Translations under genes and position numbers: made by a program
IMG/VR virus record: IMGVR_UViG_3300010359_000002
Span: 1-61,607 of that record
Length of the DNA: 61,607 bases
Strand: one strand, 5' to 3'
DNA from: a virus
Lineage: Duplodnaviria > Caudoviricetes
Notes under the pieces: generated by a model
Seen by the model: the letters and a program-made list of their open reading frames with translations, nothing else
Database searches by the model: none
Told to the model about the DNA's origin: nothing
Shown here: positions 48,309-57,186 of the stretch, piece by piece
Numbering within the stretch: the stretch's first letter is position 1
Layout of the letters: each line of letters begins with the position of its first letter

Positions 48309-49336
48309 GACGCCAGCCCCCGCTCCTGGATCAGCTTGCCGGCGCGGCGCACGCCGTCCACCGTGAGCCGCCGGCCGCCGGACTCGATGGTGATGTAGCC
48401 GCGCTGGCTGAGCAGGTTCTCGGTGTGGTTCAGCGGGCCGGGCTCGCTGAGCATGCCGGCGATGGTGGCCAGGCTGGCCTTGCCCTCGCAGGAGACCAGC
48501 ACCAGCAGGTAGTCCTGGGCGACCCGGTTGAGCCCGTCGTGGCTGACGCCGGCCCAGGTCAGCGCGGTGTTGATGTCGAAGCCGGGCTCACCGTCGTAGT
48601 AGGTGTCCCGGTAGGCCACCAGCACCGAGGTCATGTCCCGGGGCGCGTTGTTCGCGGCCGTGGCCAGCGCGGCCAGGGTCTCAGCGCTGGGCATCGGGTA
48701 CAGCTCGGTGCCGAACTCCAGCTTCAGCGCGATCCCCTTGATGATCCGCAGCGCCTCCTCGTCGGTGTACGCCTCCAGCACCGGGCGGATCCGGAATCGA
48801 CCCAGGATCGTGGCCGGCAGCCGCTGGGCTTCGGTGGTGGCCCCGATCACGGTGACGTCCGGCATCGGCTCGTCGCCGGCCGCGGTGAGCAGCCGGCCGT
48901 CCTGCAGCAGGTGCAGCAGCCACTCCGCCTTGCCCTTGCCGCCCTGCACCAGCTGGTGGATCTCGTCGAGGAACAGCACATCCCCGTCCTGCATCCCGCG
49001 CAGCGCCGAGCGGGCCTCGTCCACGCTGACCGGGCCGGACAGCTCCATGAAGCCGACGCCGAGCAGGTAGGCGATCAGCCGGGCCAGGCTCGACTTGCCG
49101 ACCCCGCCCATCCCCGAGGCCAGCAGGATGTGATCCGGCCGGCTGCCGCGGGCCTTCGCCGAGGCGATGACGGCCTTGAGGTGCCGGATGGCGTTGTCCT
49201 GGCCGACGAACTGCTCCCAGCTGCGCGGGTACGGGCCATTGCCGAAGATGTCCTCGCCCCGCTTGGGGGAGGGCCCCTCGACAGCGACGGCCAGGCTGGC
49301 CGCGCGCAGCCGCTCTTGGATTCTCGGGTGGATCAT
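48305..49336 (-). CDS. ruvB: RuvB-like Holliday junction branch migration ATPase
   Basis: P.SW.QFVGQ, DHILL..G.GKS.LA, GDVLFLDEIH, TVIGATT, RF, Y...E, and C-terminal E..L...G.I...GR motifs. Confidence 0.8.
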   Translation of the reverse strand: MIHPRIQERLRAASLAVAVEGPSPKRGEDIFGNGPYPRSWEQFVGQDNAIRHLKAVIASAKARGSRPDHILLASGMGGVGKSSLARLIAYLLGVGFMELSGPVSVDEARSALRGMQDGDVLFLDEIHQLVQGGKGKAEWLLHLLQDGRLLTAAGDEPMPDVTVIGATTEAQRLPATILGRFRIRPVLEAYTDEEALRIIKGIALKLEFGTELYPMPSAETLAALATAANNAPRDMTSVLVAYRDTYYDGEPGFDINTALTWAGVSHDGLNRVAQDYLLVLVSCEGKASLATIAGMLSEPGPLNHTENLLSQRGYITIESGGRRLTVDGVRRAGKLIQERGLAS

Positions 49337-50517
49337 GCGGTTCCCTCCTCCAGGGATGACGGGACACCCAGGGCGGTGTCCAGCTGGTGACGTAGCCGGT
49401 CGACGGCGGTGGTCAGGTCGTGCACGTGCTCTGCGGCGGCCGGGCCGTGGGTGGTGGTCAGGCCGGCGATCTCGCGGCGGATCTTGTCCATCTTGGCGTC
49501 GCACTCGGCGTCGAAGCCGGCCAGCTTGGCCAGCGACTCCCCGGCCGCGACCCGCAGAGACAGCTCGGAGCCGATCTCGCGGATCGTGTCCATCACCGCG
49601 AGCGCGTCCTTGGCGGCCGGGTCGGCCACCTCCGCCCGGATCCGCCGGATGGGCTCCAGCTGCTCCGGCCGGTCCCACAGCGTGAACTCCAGCGCCCGCA
49701 GGTCGATCGGCTCCACCTCGCTGGTGCCGTTCAGGAACGCCCGCGCCTGCAGCACGCGCATGCTCTGGCGCCAGCGCCGGTCGGAGGCGATCACGCCGGC
49801 CTCGCGCAGCTTGGAGCGGATGTGGATGACGTGCTCAACCACCACGTCGGGGATCTTGATCTCCGGCACCACCTCCTCGATCACGTACCGCAGCTCATCG
49901 AAGGGGACCGTGGTGTAGGTGGCCGGCCGGTCGCCGGCCGTCAGCAGCCGGCCGAACTGCACCGGGGAGTCGATGTAGTCGACCACCACCCGCACCAGCA
50001 GCCGGTCCCACAGCGCGGCCGCATCGTCGGACTCCCCGGCCGGCAGCTCGTTGCTGGCGGTGAACGCCGTGAACAGCGGGATCGGGTGCACCGAGCCCAC
50101 GCCGTCCAGCACCTCGTGCCGCACCCGTTCGTTCAGTGCGGCGAGCAGGTCGTGGCCCAGCGTGGCGGACATCTTCCCGATCTCGTCCAGGAAGCAGAAC
50201 ACGGCGGTGAGCAGGTAGCCGTCGATCTTGCGCTCGTAGTCGCCGGTCTCGCGCAGCCTCGGCAGGTTGATCGGGCCCAGCACCGCGGCGTCAGAACGAG
50301 TGCGGGACAGCCCCATCGCGAAGTACGGGGCCCCGGTGATCCGCTTGACCAGCTCGTTGATGACGTCGGTCTTGCCGGCGCCGACCGGGCCGTGCGCGTA
50401 CAGGTGCTGTTTGGCCAGCACCGCGTACAGCGCCGCGTCGATGAGCTGCTGACGCTCGAAGAACACGCCGTTCAGCTCGGTGCGGATGGCGCGCAGCCTG
50501 GCCGCTACGTCGATCAC
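49333..50517 (-). CDS. MoxR/RavA-family AAA+ ATPase
   Basis: GPVGAGKT, FLDEIGK, LNER, ASNELP, ALWDRL and SDRRW motifs. Confidence 0.85.
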   Translation of the reverse strand: MIDVAARLRAIRTELNGVFFERQQLIDAALYAVLAKQHLYAHGPVGAGKTDVINELVKRITGAPYFAMGLSRTRSDAAVLGPINLPRLRETGDYERKIDGYLLTAVFCFLDEIGKMSATLGHDLLAALNERVRHEVLDGVGSVHPIPLFTAFTASNELPAGESDDAAALWDRLLVRVVVDYIDSPVQFGRLLTAGDRPATYTTVPFDELRYVIEEVVPEIKIPDVVVEHVIHIRSKLREAGVIASDRRWRQSMRVLQARAFLNGTSEVEPIDLRALEFTLWDRPEQLEPIRRIRAEVADPAAKDALAVMDTIREIGSELSLRVAAGESLAKLAGFDAECDAKMDKIRREIAGLTTTHGPAAAEHVHDLTTAVDRLRHQLDTALGVPSSLEEGTA

Positions 50518-50527
50518 GTGATCTCCT

Positions 50528-51457
50528 TCACACGAGCGGGATCTCCGAGAGTTGGGCGATCCCGCAGTTGTCGAAGTTCAGGTCTGTGCGCAGGCCCAGG
50601 AACACCGGCTCACGCAGCCCATCCTTGGTGCGACCCATGACAGAGACGTCCACGATGGCGTAGCCACCGTCCTCGAGAATGTCCGCCAGCTGCCGCATCT
50701 CCATGTCGTTGAAGCCGGTGCCGACCTCGCCGACCAGCACCGGCTCCGAGCCCCTCAGCAGCGCCACCGTGATGTTGCGGAACGGCCGGCCGTTGCCGGT
50801 CAGCGCCCACGAGCTGGTGGCGTGCATCCGCACAGCGATGACGGTCAGGGTGTAGCGGTGCTTGAACTTCAGCCACTGCCGGGTCCGTGACCCCGGCATG
50901 TAGTAGCCGCGCGGGTCCTTGGCGATGACGCCCTCGTCGCCGGCGCGGCGGGTGCGCTCGAACAGCTCCATCCCGCCGGACTCGACCAGCTGGACTGCCG
51001 GCACGTTGAGCATCTCGACCGTGGCGGCCAGCCGGGTGCGCCGGTCCACCTGCCTCATGCGCGGCAGGTCCAGGTCGTCGTCCAGGGCGTCGAACGCCTG
51101 CACCCAGGCCGGGCGGGCCATCGCGGCGGCCATGATGGCCCGCGGCCGGGTGGTGTTGAGCCGGCCGGTCAGTGCCGACAGCGGCAACGCAGGGTTGATG
51201 CACTCCAGTTCGCCATCGAGCAGGAACTGGCGCGGCCGGTCCGCGCTGAGGATGGACTGGACCACCTCGGGGAACGCGGCCGCGACGTCGCGGCCGGTCC
51301 GGGTCCACAGCTGCACGACGTCGCCCCGGCGCTTGACGATGACGCGCACGCCGTCGATCTTCGGCTCGAAGCTCCAACCGTCGCTGGCCAGCGCCTCCAG
51401 GGTCTGCAAGGGCCCGGGGACGCTGGCCAGCATCGGCTTGGGAACGATGCTCTTCAC
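50528..51457 (-). CDS. ATP-dependent DNA ligase (LigD/LigC-like ligase + OB domain)
   Basis: PMLA, EPKIDGVR (KxDG), LDGEL, AFD, EGVIAK, WLKFK, VGTGF and LREPVF.GLR motifs. Confidence 0.9.
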   Translation of the reverse strand: MKSIVPKPMLASVPGPLQTLEALASDGWSFEPKIDGVRVIVKRRGDVVQLWTRTGRDVAAAFPEVVQSILSADRPRQFLLDGELECINPALPLSALTGRLNTTRPRAIMAAAMARPAWVQAFDALDDDLDLPRMRQVDRRTRLAATVEMLNVPAVQLVESGGMELFERTRRAGDEGVIAKDPRGYYMPGSRTRQWLKFKHRYTLTVIAVRMHATSSWALTGNGRPFRNITVALLRGSEPVLVGEVGTGFNDMEMRQLADILEDGGYAIVDVSVMGRTKDGLREPVFLGLRTDLNFDNCGIAQLSEIPLV

Positions 51458-51726
51458 AGCACGGCGTTCATCTGCTGGAGGGTGACGCCCTGCACGGCGC
51501 TGAACGCCTGCGCCAGCAGCACCTCCAGCATCTCCGGGGTGAACGCCGGGTTGTGGTCCACCACCAGAAGCACCCGGCTGCGGATCAGGGCCACGTTGTG
51601 CAGCGGGTTGGACCGGGCCAGCCCGCAGTGCGGGTACATGCACGTGGGCAGGCCGTCCCCGGGCGGCTCGAAGGTGTGCACCGGCAGGTTCGGCCGGGGC
51701 GGCGGGTGCGGGTCGACGTCCAGCAT
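51454..51726 (-). CDS. Hypothetical protein
   Basis: Coupled between Ku and ligase; H.F...C..C...H. Confidence 0.55.
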   Translation of the reverse strand: MLDVDPHPPPRPNLPVHTFEPPGDGLPTCMYPHCGLARSNPLHNVALIRSRVLLVVDHNPAFTPEMLEVLLAQAFSAVQGVTLQQMNAVL

Positions 51727-52526
51727 CAGGCCGCCTTGCGCCGGCGGGTCGGCTTGACGGCCTCGGCCATCTGCTGCAGCGCCGCCAGAGCGTGGTCCAC
51801 GCTGGGCTGCGCCGGCGTCCCGTTGGCCACCACGTCGGCGATGGCCGCCTCGGAGGTGTCGGCGTAGGCCGCCGGGTCGTACCGGGTGATGAGCGTCTTG
51901 CGGCCCTGCTTGAGCACCTGCTCAGCCAGCCCCAGCAGCTGGGTGTCCGGCTCGGCCGGCACAAGCGGCGCGGCCTTGACCCGGTCGGCCGGCAACCGCT
52001 CCTGCATCACCAGCACGTCGCCGCGGGTGGTCACCCGGAACATGCCGACCTTGCTGCGCGGTGCCCAGCGGGCGCAGAAGGCGACCTCCGGGTGGTTGCC
52101 CAGCAGGGCCGCCATCACCGCGTAGCCGCGCTCCTGGCCGGGCGCCGGCAGCAGGTAGTAGAGCTTGTCACCGGTGATCGTCTCGACCTCGACCTCCGGG
52201 GACGGGTGCCCGGCCAGCTCGATGCGCTTCTTGAACGGCTCCGCGTTGGCCGCGATGGCCGCGTTGGTCTCCTGCGACAGCAGGATGAGCCCTCCGGCGA
52301 CTTCCCGCGCGCTGTGGGTGGAGCCGCGGGGGACCTCGCCGCAGGCCGGGCACTGGATCGTGGTGTGGATCTGCTGGGGGTCGTGGGCCTCGGTGGCGTC
52401 ACCGGTGCAGACGGTGACGTTCTTGGGCGCCGGCTCCAGCGCGCCGGCCACGTTCACGGTGACGTTGAACAGGCCGAACGCGAGGCTGACGTTGCTCGAC
52501 AACGTCCGCAAGGTGGCAGCGGACAC
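51726..52526 (-). CDS. ku: Ku-like DNA end-binding protein
   Basis: RBS AAGGAG; 'LAFGLFNV.V', 'CPACGEV', 'YYLLP....Y', 'YDP..Y.D' and 'D.ALAAL' match the prokaryotic Ku pattern. Confidence 0.8.
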   Translation of the reverse strand: MSAATLRTLSSNVSLAFGLFNVTVNVAGALEPAPKNVTVCTGDATEAHDPQQIHTTIQCPACGEVPRGSTHSAREVAGGLILLSQETNAAIAANAEPFKKRIELAGHPSPEVEVETITGDKLYYLLPAPGQERGYAVMAALLGNHPEVAFCARWAPRSKVGMFRVTTRGDVLVMQERLPADRVKAAPLVPAEPDTQLLGLAEQVLKQGRKTLITRYDPAAYADTSEAAIADVVANGTPAQPSVDHALAALQQMAEAVKPTRRRKAA

Positions 52527-52586
52527 GGTGACTCCTTGGGTTGGACGTGCATGGGAGAGGTGACCATCGTGCGGTCGGTGGTGCGA

Positions 52587-52600
52587 TGAACGCGCGTTCG
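52587..52600. promoter_or_regulatory. SOS-box-like palindrome TGAAC-GCGC-GTTCG
   Basis: Perfect GAAC-N4-GTTC about 60 bp upstream of ku. Confidence 0.6.
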
Positions 52601-52630
52601 TTGGCCGAAGTCCACCCATCCGGGCGAGTC

Positions 52631-52807
52631 CTATTCGTCGGCCATGCGCGCCTCGAACGCATTGAGCGCTTCACGGGTATAGCTGATGTTGTTGCCCTCC
52701 CGGACGTAGTCGATCCGGCCGGCCTTGCGAGCACGCTGGAGCGTCCGCTTGGAGATCAACAGCTGATCGGCAGCTTCCTGCTCGGTGAACTCGTCCTTCA
52801 CGGGCAC
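52631..52807 (-). CDS. Excisionase/MerR-type HTH DNA-binding protein (58 aa; not in the ORF track)
   Basis: RBS GGGAGG; 'FTEQEAADQLLISKRTLQRARKAGRI' HTH_17-type pattern. Confidence 0.75.
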   Translation of the reverse strand: MPVKDEFTEQEAADQLLISKRTLQRARKAGRIDYVREGNNISYTREALNAFEARMADE

Positions 52808-52863
52808 GCTGGCGCCTCCCCTCGGGGGTCGCCACGCAGAGTCAGCGCGTGGTCACTGTGCGC

Positions 52864-52893
52864 AGCTTTGCCCTGGTGACGCGCGTTCGTCAA
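52864..52893 (-). promoter_or_regulatory. Putative promoter (-35 TTGACG) overlapped by a degenerate AAC-N4-GTT box
   Basis: Minus strand TTGACG-aacgcgcgtcaccaggg-CAAAGCT; box at 52876-52889. Confidence 0.4.
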
Positions 52894-53114
52894 CCTGAGA
52901 GCGGGTGATATGCGGGGAGCGCGCCCAGTCCGCGTCTCCCTCAAGCCTGTCCCCTGGTGCTGTCCCGCGATGCTCAGGTGCCAACAAGGGCGGCGAGCTG
53001 GGTCCAGAGGCCGTGCAGGGCGGCTTCCTTCGGCATCGGGCATGCGTGGGCCACTGAGCCGTCTTGCACCCACCAGGCTAGCCGGTAGGGGTTGTTGCCG
53101 CTGATGGCGCGCGC

Positions 53115-53198
53115 TCAGCGGCGTCTGTGGTGGCCTGCCAGAGAGAGAGCGACCCCAGCGGCAATACCGATCAAGAGCCACACTGCCAACGTCCACAT
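53115..53198 (-). CDS. Small 1-TM peptide
   Basis: MWTLAVWLLIGIAAGVALSLAGHHRRR. Confidence 0.4.
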   Translation of the reverse strand: MWTLAVWLLIGIAAGVALSLAGHHRRR

Positions 53199-53202
53199 AA
53201 TC

Positions 53203-53688
53203 TCAGCCCTCCGGCTCGTGCGGTGCGGAGTCGATGCCGTCGTGGCAGGTCCGGTCGTGGGCGTCCAACCAGTGGCCATCCACCCGGTACAGCGGCCAGC
53301 GGCAGCGCCGGCAGAGGACCAGCTCGCCGGTGGGCCGGCCGTTGGACCGGCAGCGGACGTGGTCACGAGCGGCCACGAAGATCACGCCGCGCAGGCTGCC
53401 CCGGTCGGGGCCCTCGGGGATCCCCAGCTCGGCCGCCAGCAGCTCGGCCAGCACCCAGGCCCGGTGAGACAGCTTGCCGACTCGCGGCAGTGGCGGGGTG
53501 CAGCGGGTGATCCAAGCACCGAACGTGCGGGAGTTGCGCCGGAGCCAGTCGTAGCCGGGTCCCCCGCCCTGCTCGGCCACGGCCACCTCCCGCACCAGGT
53601 CCGGGAACCGCGGGTGGGCTTCGATCTGCTCCAGCTGGGCGGCGTGGGTGGCGTTGATCTGCGCGTAGTCCGGGTGTCGGATTCTCAC
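53203..53688 (-). CDS. Hypothetical protein
   Basis: GTG 53688 with RBS GGAGG; C-terminal CRRC..C..H. Confidence 0.55.
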   Translation of the reverse strand: MRIRHPDYAQINATHAAQLEQIEAHPRFPDLVREVAVAEQGGGPGYDWLRRNSRTFGAWITRCTPPLPRVGKLSHRAWVLAELLAAELGIPEGPDRGSLRGVIFVAARDHVRCRSNGRPTGELVLCRRCRWPLYRVDGHWLDAHDRTCHDGIDSAPHEPEG

Positions 53689-53933
53689 CTCGCCTCCAGG
53701 GCTCGTAGTACACGGATGGCACCGCGGATCGTGGCCACGTCCTCGGCGTACAGCTCTTCCAGGTCGACGGCGCCAAGTAGCTGGGCCAGGTCCCCCAGCG
53801 ACAGGTAGACGAACACGTCCCGGCTGTTGGTGTCGCCCGGCCCGGCGACGCTCTTGGCGCGGTACTGCACGATCTCCTTGAACGGGTTGGCCGTCTCCAC
53901 GCCCGTGACGACAATGGGCAGCCGCTTCGGCAT
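53685..53933 (-). CDS. Hypothetical protein
   Basis: Coupled ORF. Confidence 0.55.
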   Translation of the reverse strand: MPKRLPIVVTGVETANPFKEIVQYRAKSVAGPGDTNSRDVFVYLSLGDLAQLLGAVDLEELYAEDVATIRGAIRVLRALEAR

Positions 53934-54239
53934 CTAGGCCAGCTCCTTGTAGAGGGTGCGGACGACCTCCACGGCTCGGGTCTCGACCTCGTCGGCGTCG
54001 TTCTCCGTGAGGCTCTCCTGCCACCCGATCAGCCAGTCGCGCCCCTTGTTGGTGAGCAGCTCTTTCGCCTCGCGCTCGATGTCCGCCCGAGTCGGTGTCG
54101 GGCGCTCCTCCACCTCGCCCTCGCCACCGTCGAGCAACATCGCGGCGGCCGCGACCAACACGCAGAAGTCGATGACGTGGCGGATCAGAACGATGGCACG
54201 CTGCTCGCCATCGGTGTAGGTATTGAACTTGAGCGGCAT
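53934..54239 (-). CDS. Hypothetical protein
   Basis: ATG 54239, RBS AGGAGG. Confidence 0.55.
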   Translation of the reverse strand: MPLKFNTYTDGEQRAIVLIRHVIDFCVLVAAAAMLLDGGEGEVEERPTPTRADIEREAKELLTNKGRDWLIGWQESLTENDADEVETRAVEVVRTLYKELA

Positions 54240-54514
54240 CAGTCCTCCTTCTTGAGCAGAAACTCGCGGAGCTTCAGGAACGCCTGCCACACCTCCGGAT
54301 CCCGCTGCATGTCGAGAGCCGGGATGGCGCCGAGCAGGGCGGCCAGGTTCCGGTGCGAGAGCGTGACGTAGGCGGTGCGCTCGGCCACAGCGGCAATGCC
54401 GGCCACGGTCAGAGCCTCGAAGCGAACCGACGGGTAGTCCGGCCCGCGGGCGAACGCCATCGGCTCGCCACTCTCCTGCGGCTTGATCCCGTCGACCCAG
54501 ATGGGTTGGCGCAT
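54239..54514 (-). CDS. Hypothetical protein
   Basis: RBS GGAGG; coupled. Confidence 0.55.
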   Translation of the reverse strand: MRQPIWVDGIKPQESGEPMAFARGPDYPSVRFEALTVAGIAAVAERTAYVTLSHRNLAALLGAIPALDMQRDPEVWQAFLKLREFLLKKED

Positions 54515-54515
54515 G

Positions 54516-54866
54516 TCAGTCCTCCCGCACGTAGCGGCTGATGTCCAGCCGGATGGTGGTGCCGTCGTCCAGGTCGAACACCATCGTCGTCTTGTTCACC
54601 ACGTCGATGTTGACGACCGCGAAGGCGCCGGCGAACTCCGGCGACTGGGCGATGGTGTTGCGCAGGAAGGTGATCGCCTCCTGGCGCAGTTCCTCCGGGC
54701 TGGCCGAGGTCACCTCCTCGTACACCTCGTGACTCACCTTGCCACCCCCGCGCAGGGTGAACGACATCCAGTTGTCGGTGACGCGCTCCCGATCCACGAT
54801 CTCCCGGTACCGGCCGTCGACCTTGACGGCCTCCTGGGCCCTGACCTCGTCGGCCCGCTTGTTCAT
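54516..54866 (-). CDS. Hypothetical protein
   Basis: RBS GGAG; 116 aa. Confidence 0.6.
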   Translation of the reverse strand: MNKRADEVRAQEAVKVDGRYREIVDRERVTDNWMSFTLRGGGKVSHEVYEEVTSASPEELRQEAITFLRNTIAQSPEFAGAFAVVNIDVVNKTTMVFDLDDGTTIRLDISRYVRED

Positions 54867-54994
54867 TGCTCACACTCCCTTGAGCTGGGCCGCGAGCTGC
54901 CGCAGCAGCTCCAGCCGGTTCTTGGCCTGGCGCACCCGCTCGATGGCGCGGCCCACCTCCTCGATATCTTCCGCTTCGGTGGCGGCGCGATCTC

Positions 54995-55423
54995 CTACTC
55001 GAAGCGGTGCGGGTGGTTGGGATCGTGGCCGGCCCGGTAGGCGCAGCGGCGGCCGCTCTCCATCGCCGGGCACGGCGGCGGGTCGTATTCGACGACCGTG
55101 TACGCACGCTGGCCCTTGATCTGGATGGGCAGGCCCAGCCGGAACGCGACGATGACGGCCTCGGCCGGGCCCAGCGGGGTACGGGTGCGCTCCGGGCCCT
55201 GGCGGCCGTCCTTCTCCAGGTCCAGCGCGCCGATCTCGTCGCCCACCTCGATGAACTGGCCCGGCACCACCCACAGCACGCCGTCGTCGGTGTTCCACGG
55301 CCGGGAGCCGGACCAGTCGGCCACGGCCCACTGACCGGTGCGCGGGCCGCTGGCGGCCTTGAAGTAGCGGTGTCCGCTGCCGGTCTCGAAGCGCTCGGCG
55401 ATCTCGAATGCCGTGGTGTCCAC
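54995..55423 (-). CDS. Hypothetical protein
   Basis: GTG 55423, RBS AAGGAG; C-terminal C...C...H...H. Confidence 0.55.
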   Translation of the reverse strand: MDTTAFEIAERFETGSGHRYFKAASGPRTGQWAVADWSGSRPWNTDDGVLWVVPGQFIEVGDEIGALDLEKDGRQGPERTRTPLGPAEAVIVAFRLGLPIQIKGQRAYTVVEYDPPPCPAMESGRRCAYRAGHDPNHPHRFE

Positions 55424-55428
55424 GTTGA

Positions 55429-55662
55429 CTACTCCTTGTCTCGCTCGTTGGTGTAGGCGGTGCGGCACGCCTCGGCGAACTGCCGCAGGCCCACCCGCTC
55501 GGAGCCGCTCATGATCGTGGGCGCGTCCGTCTCCAGCGCCAGGTCGATGAGGCGAGCCAGCGAGCGCGTCAGGCCGCCGGCGATGTAGACCGTGGTGACG
55601 GGCTCGAAGGTGTAGCGCTCGCCCGGCACGGGCTCGGTGGACTTCTGCTCCTCTTCCGTCAC
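55429..55662 (-). CDS. Hypothetical protein
   Basis: Coupled ORF. Confidence 0.55.
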   Translation of the reverse strand: MTEEEQKSTEPVPGERYTFEPVTTVYIAGGLTRSLARLIDLALETDAPTIMSGSERVGLRQFAEACRTAYTNERDKE

Positions 55663-56036
55663 GGCGTGGCCTCCACGGTCTCGTCGGCGAGCTTCTGGAG
55701 CAGCGTGGCGAACTCGTGGCTGGCGAAGAGTCGGCGCTGCAGCTCGGCGATCTGGGTGTTGTTGAGGGCCGTGCTGGTCAGCTCCATCACGGTCTGGGCG
55801 CTCATCACCACGGCGTCGCTCACGATCAGGTGCTCGACCGGGGCGGTGACCTTGACGTCGGCGTCCAGCCGGTAGGCGCTGATGACCAGCGAGCCGGTGT
55901 AGGGGCCCTGGCCGTTGCTGTTCAGGCGCCCGACGCTGAGCAGACCGCCGGACGTGCCGTCGCCCACGTCGTAGATGTTCTCGTGGGTGCCGGCGTAGTG
56001 GCTGGCGACACCCTTGGTGATGGTGGGCTTGGTCAT
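55659..56036 (-). CDS. Hypothetical protein
   Basis: 125 aa with RBS. Confidence 0.6.
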   Translation of the reverse strand: MTKPTITKGVASHYAGTHENIYDVGDGTSGGLLSVGRLNSNGQGPYTGSLVISAYRLDADVKVTAPVEHLIVSDAVVMSAQTVMELTSTALNNTQIAELQRRLFASHEFATLLQKLADETVEATP

Positions 56037-56040
56037 CGGT

Positions 56041-56244
56041 TCAGCACTCCATGTGGTAGCCGGACAGGTCGTTGCCCGACCAGGTGCACCCCGACTGCTC
56101 GGAGTACTGGTCGCGCGCGTCGCGGGACTTGGCGTTCTGGATGTTGTAGTTGATGCAGATCCCCAGGATGAACACGATCCCGATCAGGATCAGGATCATG
56201 CCGATGGCCTGCTCGAACGGGGTCTGCGGACGCTGGGGGTTCAC
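56041..56244 (-). CDS. Small membrane protein
   Basis: One strong TM helix. Confidence 0.6.
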   Translation of the reverse strand: MNPQRPQTPFEQAIGMILILIGIVFILGICINYNIQNAKSRDARDQYSEQSGCTWSGNDLSGYHMEC

Positions 56245-56525
56245 AGGATCCCACCCCGGCGGCGGCGCGGGTCCACGCCCAGCTCGCCCTCCGTGGGCGC
56301 CCGGGTGGCGGCGCCGGCCACGAACTGCGTGACCAGCTCCTGCTCCCCGTAGGGCACGTCCTGGGCCAGCTTGGTGCCCACCGACAGCCAGAAGAACTTG
56401 AGCTTGGTGTCACGGCTCTCGTGGGCGATCTCGCTGAGCATCTCCAGCGCAGCGGCGCCGGCGGCGACACCCCGGGCGAAGGTCCAGGCGGAGTCGCTGG
56501 TGGTGATCTGGGTGGGCTCGCTCAT
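56241..56525 (-). CDS. Hypothetical protein
   Basis: RBS AAGGAG; coupled. Confidence 0.55.
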   Translation of the reverse strand: MSEPTQITTSDSAWTFARGVAAGAAALEMLSEIAHESRDTKLKFFWLSVGTKLAQDVPYGEQELVTQFVAGAATRAPTEGELGVDPRRRRGGIL

Positions 56526-57073
56526 CTGCGCTCCTTGAGGGTGTCGGCCAGCCGCAGCAGCAGAGCGGTGGGCAGGTTGCCGCGCTCGATGCGGGCGCTG
56601 GACCCGTCGTGGTTGAGACTGAACTGGATGTAGTCGTTGGCGGTGCCGGGCACGGTGAGGATGAGCGTTCCCGTGGTGCCGTAGGTCTCGATCAGCGGGT
56701 GTGTGGTGATGGTGGCCTCGACCACCTTGTAGTCACGCTCGGCCTGCTTGCGCTCGGCGACGCGAGCCTGCACCTCAGTCAGTTGGGTGAGGTACTCCGG
56801 CAGCAGCCGGCGGCAGATCTCTCGGGCGATCAGGATGGGGTCCCGGTCGGCGGCCACCGTGATCTTCACGCTCCGGTGGCGGTACTCGCGGTCGGGGTAC
56901 GTGCCGGCGATGACGAGTCGACCCTTTTCCAGTCGGATGAAGATCGTGGCGTCGTTGGAGCCGAGGATGCTGCCGCAGTAGTTGTGCGGTGTCTCCACGG
57001 TGTACCTGGTGAAGCGCTCGTGCCGCGTGGCCACGGCAGCGGCGATGGCGCGGATCGTGTCGTGCACGTCCAA
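56522..57073 (-). CDS. Hypothetical protein
   Basis: RBS GAGGAGG before TTG 57073 or GTG 57067. Confidence 0.6.
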   Translation of the reverse strand: MDVHDTIRAIAAAVATRHERFTRYTVETPHNYCGSILGSNDATIFIRLEKGRLVIAGTYPDREYRHRSVKITVAADRDPILIAREICRRLLPEYLTQLTEVQARVAERKQAERDYKVVEATITTHPLIETYGTTGTLILTVPGTANDYIQFSLNHDGSSARIERGNLPTALLLRLADTLKERR

Positions 57074-57097
57074 GGTGACCTCCTCTGTTGTCTGGTA

Positions 57098-57126
57098 AGG
57101 CAATCCGCGCCTTGACCACTCACCCG
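57098..57126 (-). promoter_or_regulatory. Bipartite early motif, copy A (CGGGTGAGTG-N12-ATTGCC)
   Basis: Same elements and spacing as the copies at 59143, 59982, 60087 and 60215. Confidence 0.6.
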
Positions 57127-57137
57127 AAGGGCTCACA

Positions 57138-57171
57138 GGGTGCCGCTGGCTCTCTCCATCCAGCGGCACCC
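57138..57171 (-). terminator. Hairpin after the DUF932 gene
   Basis: 12-bp stem GGGTGCCGCTGG / CCAGCGGCACCC. Confidence 0.55.
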
Positions 57172-57186
57172 GAGTGCCTGTTCGGA

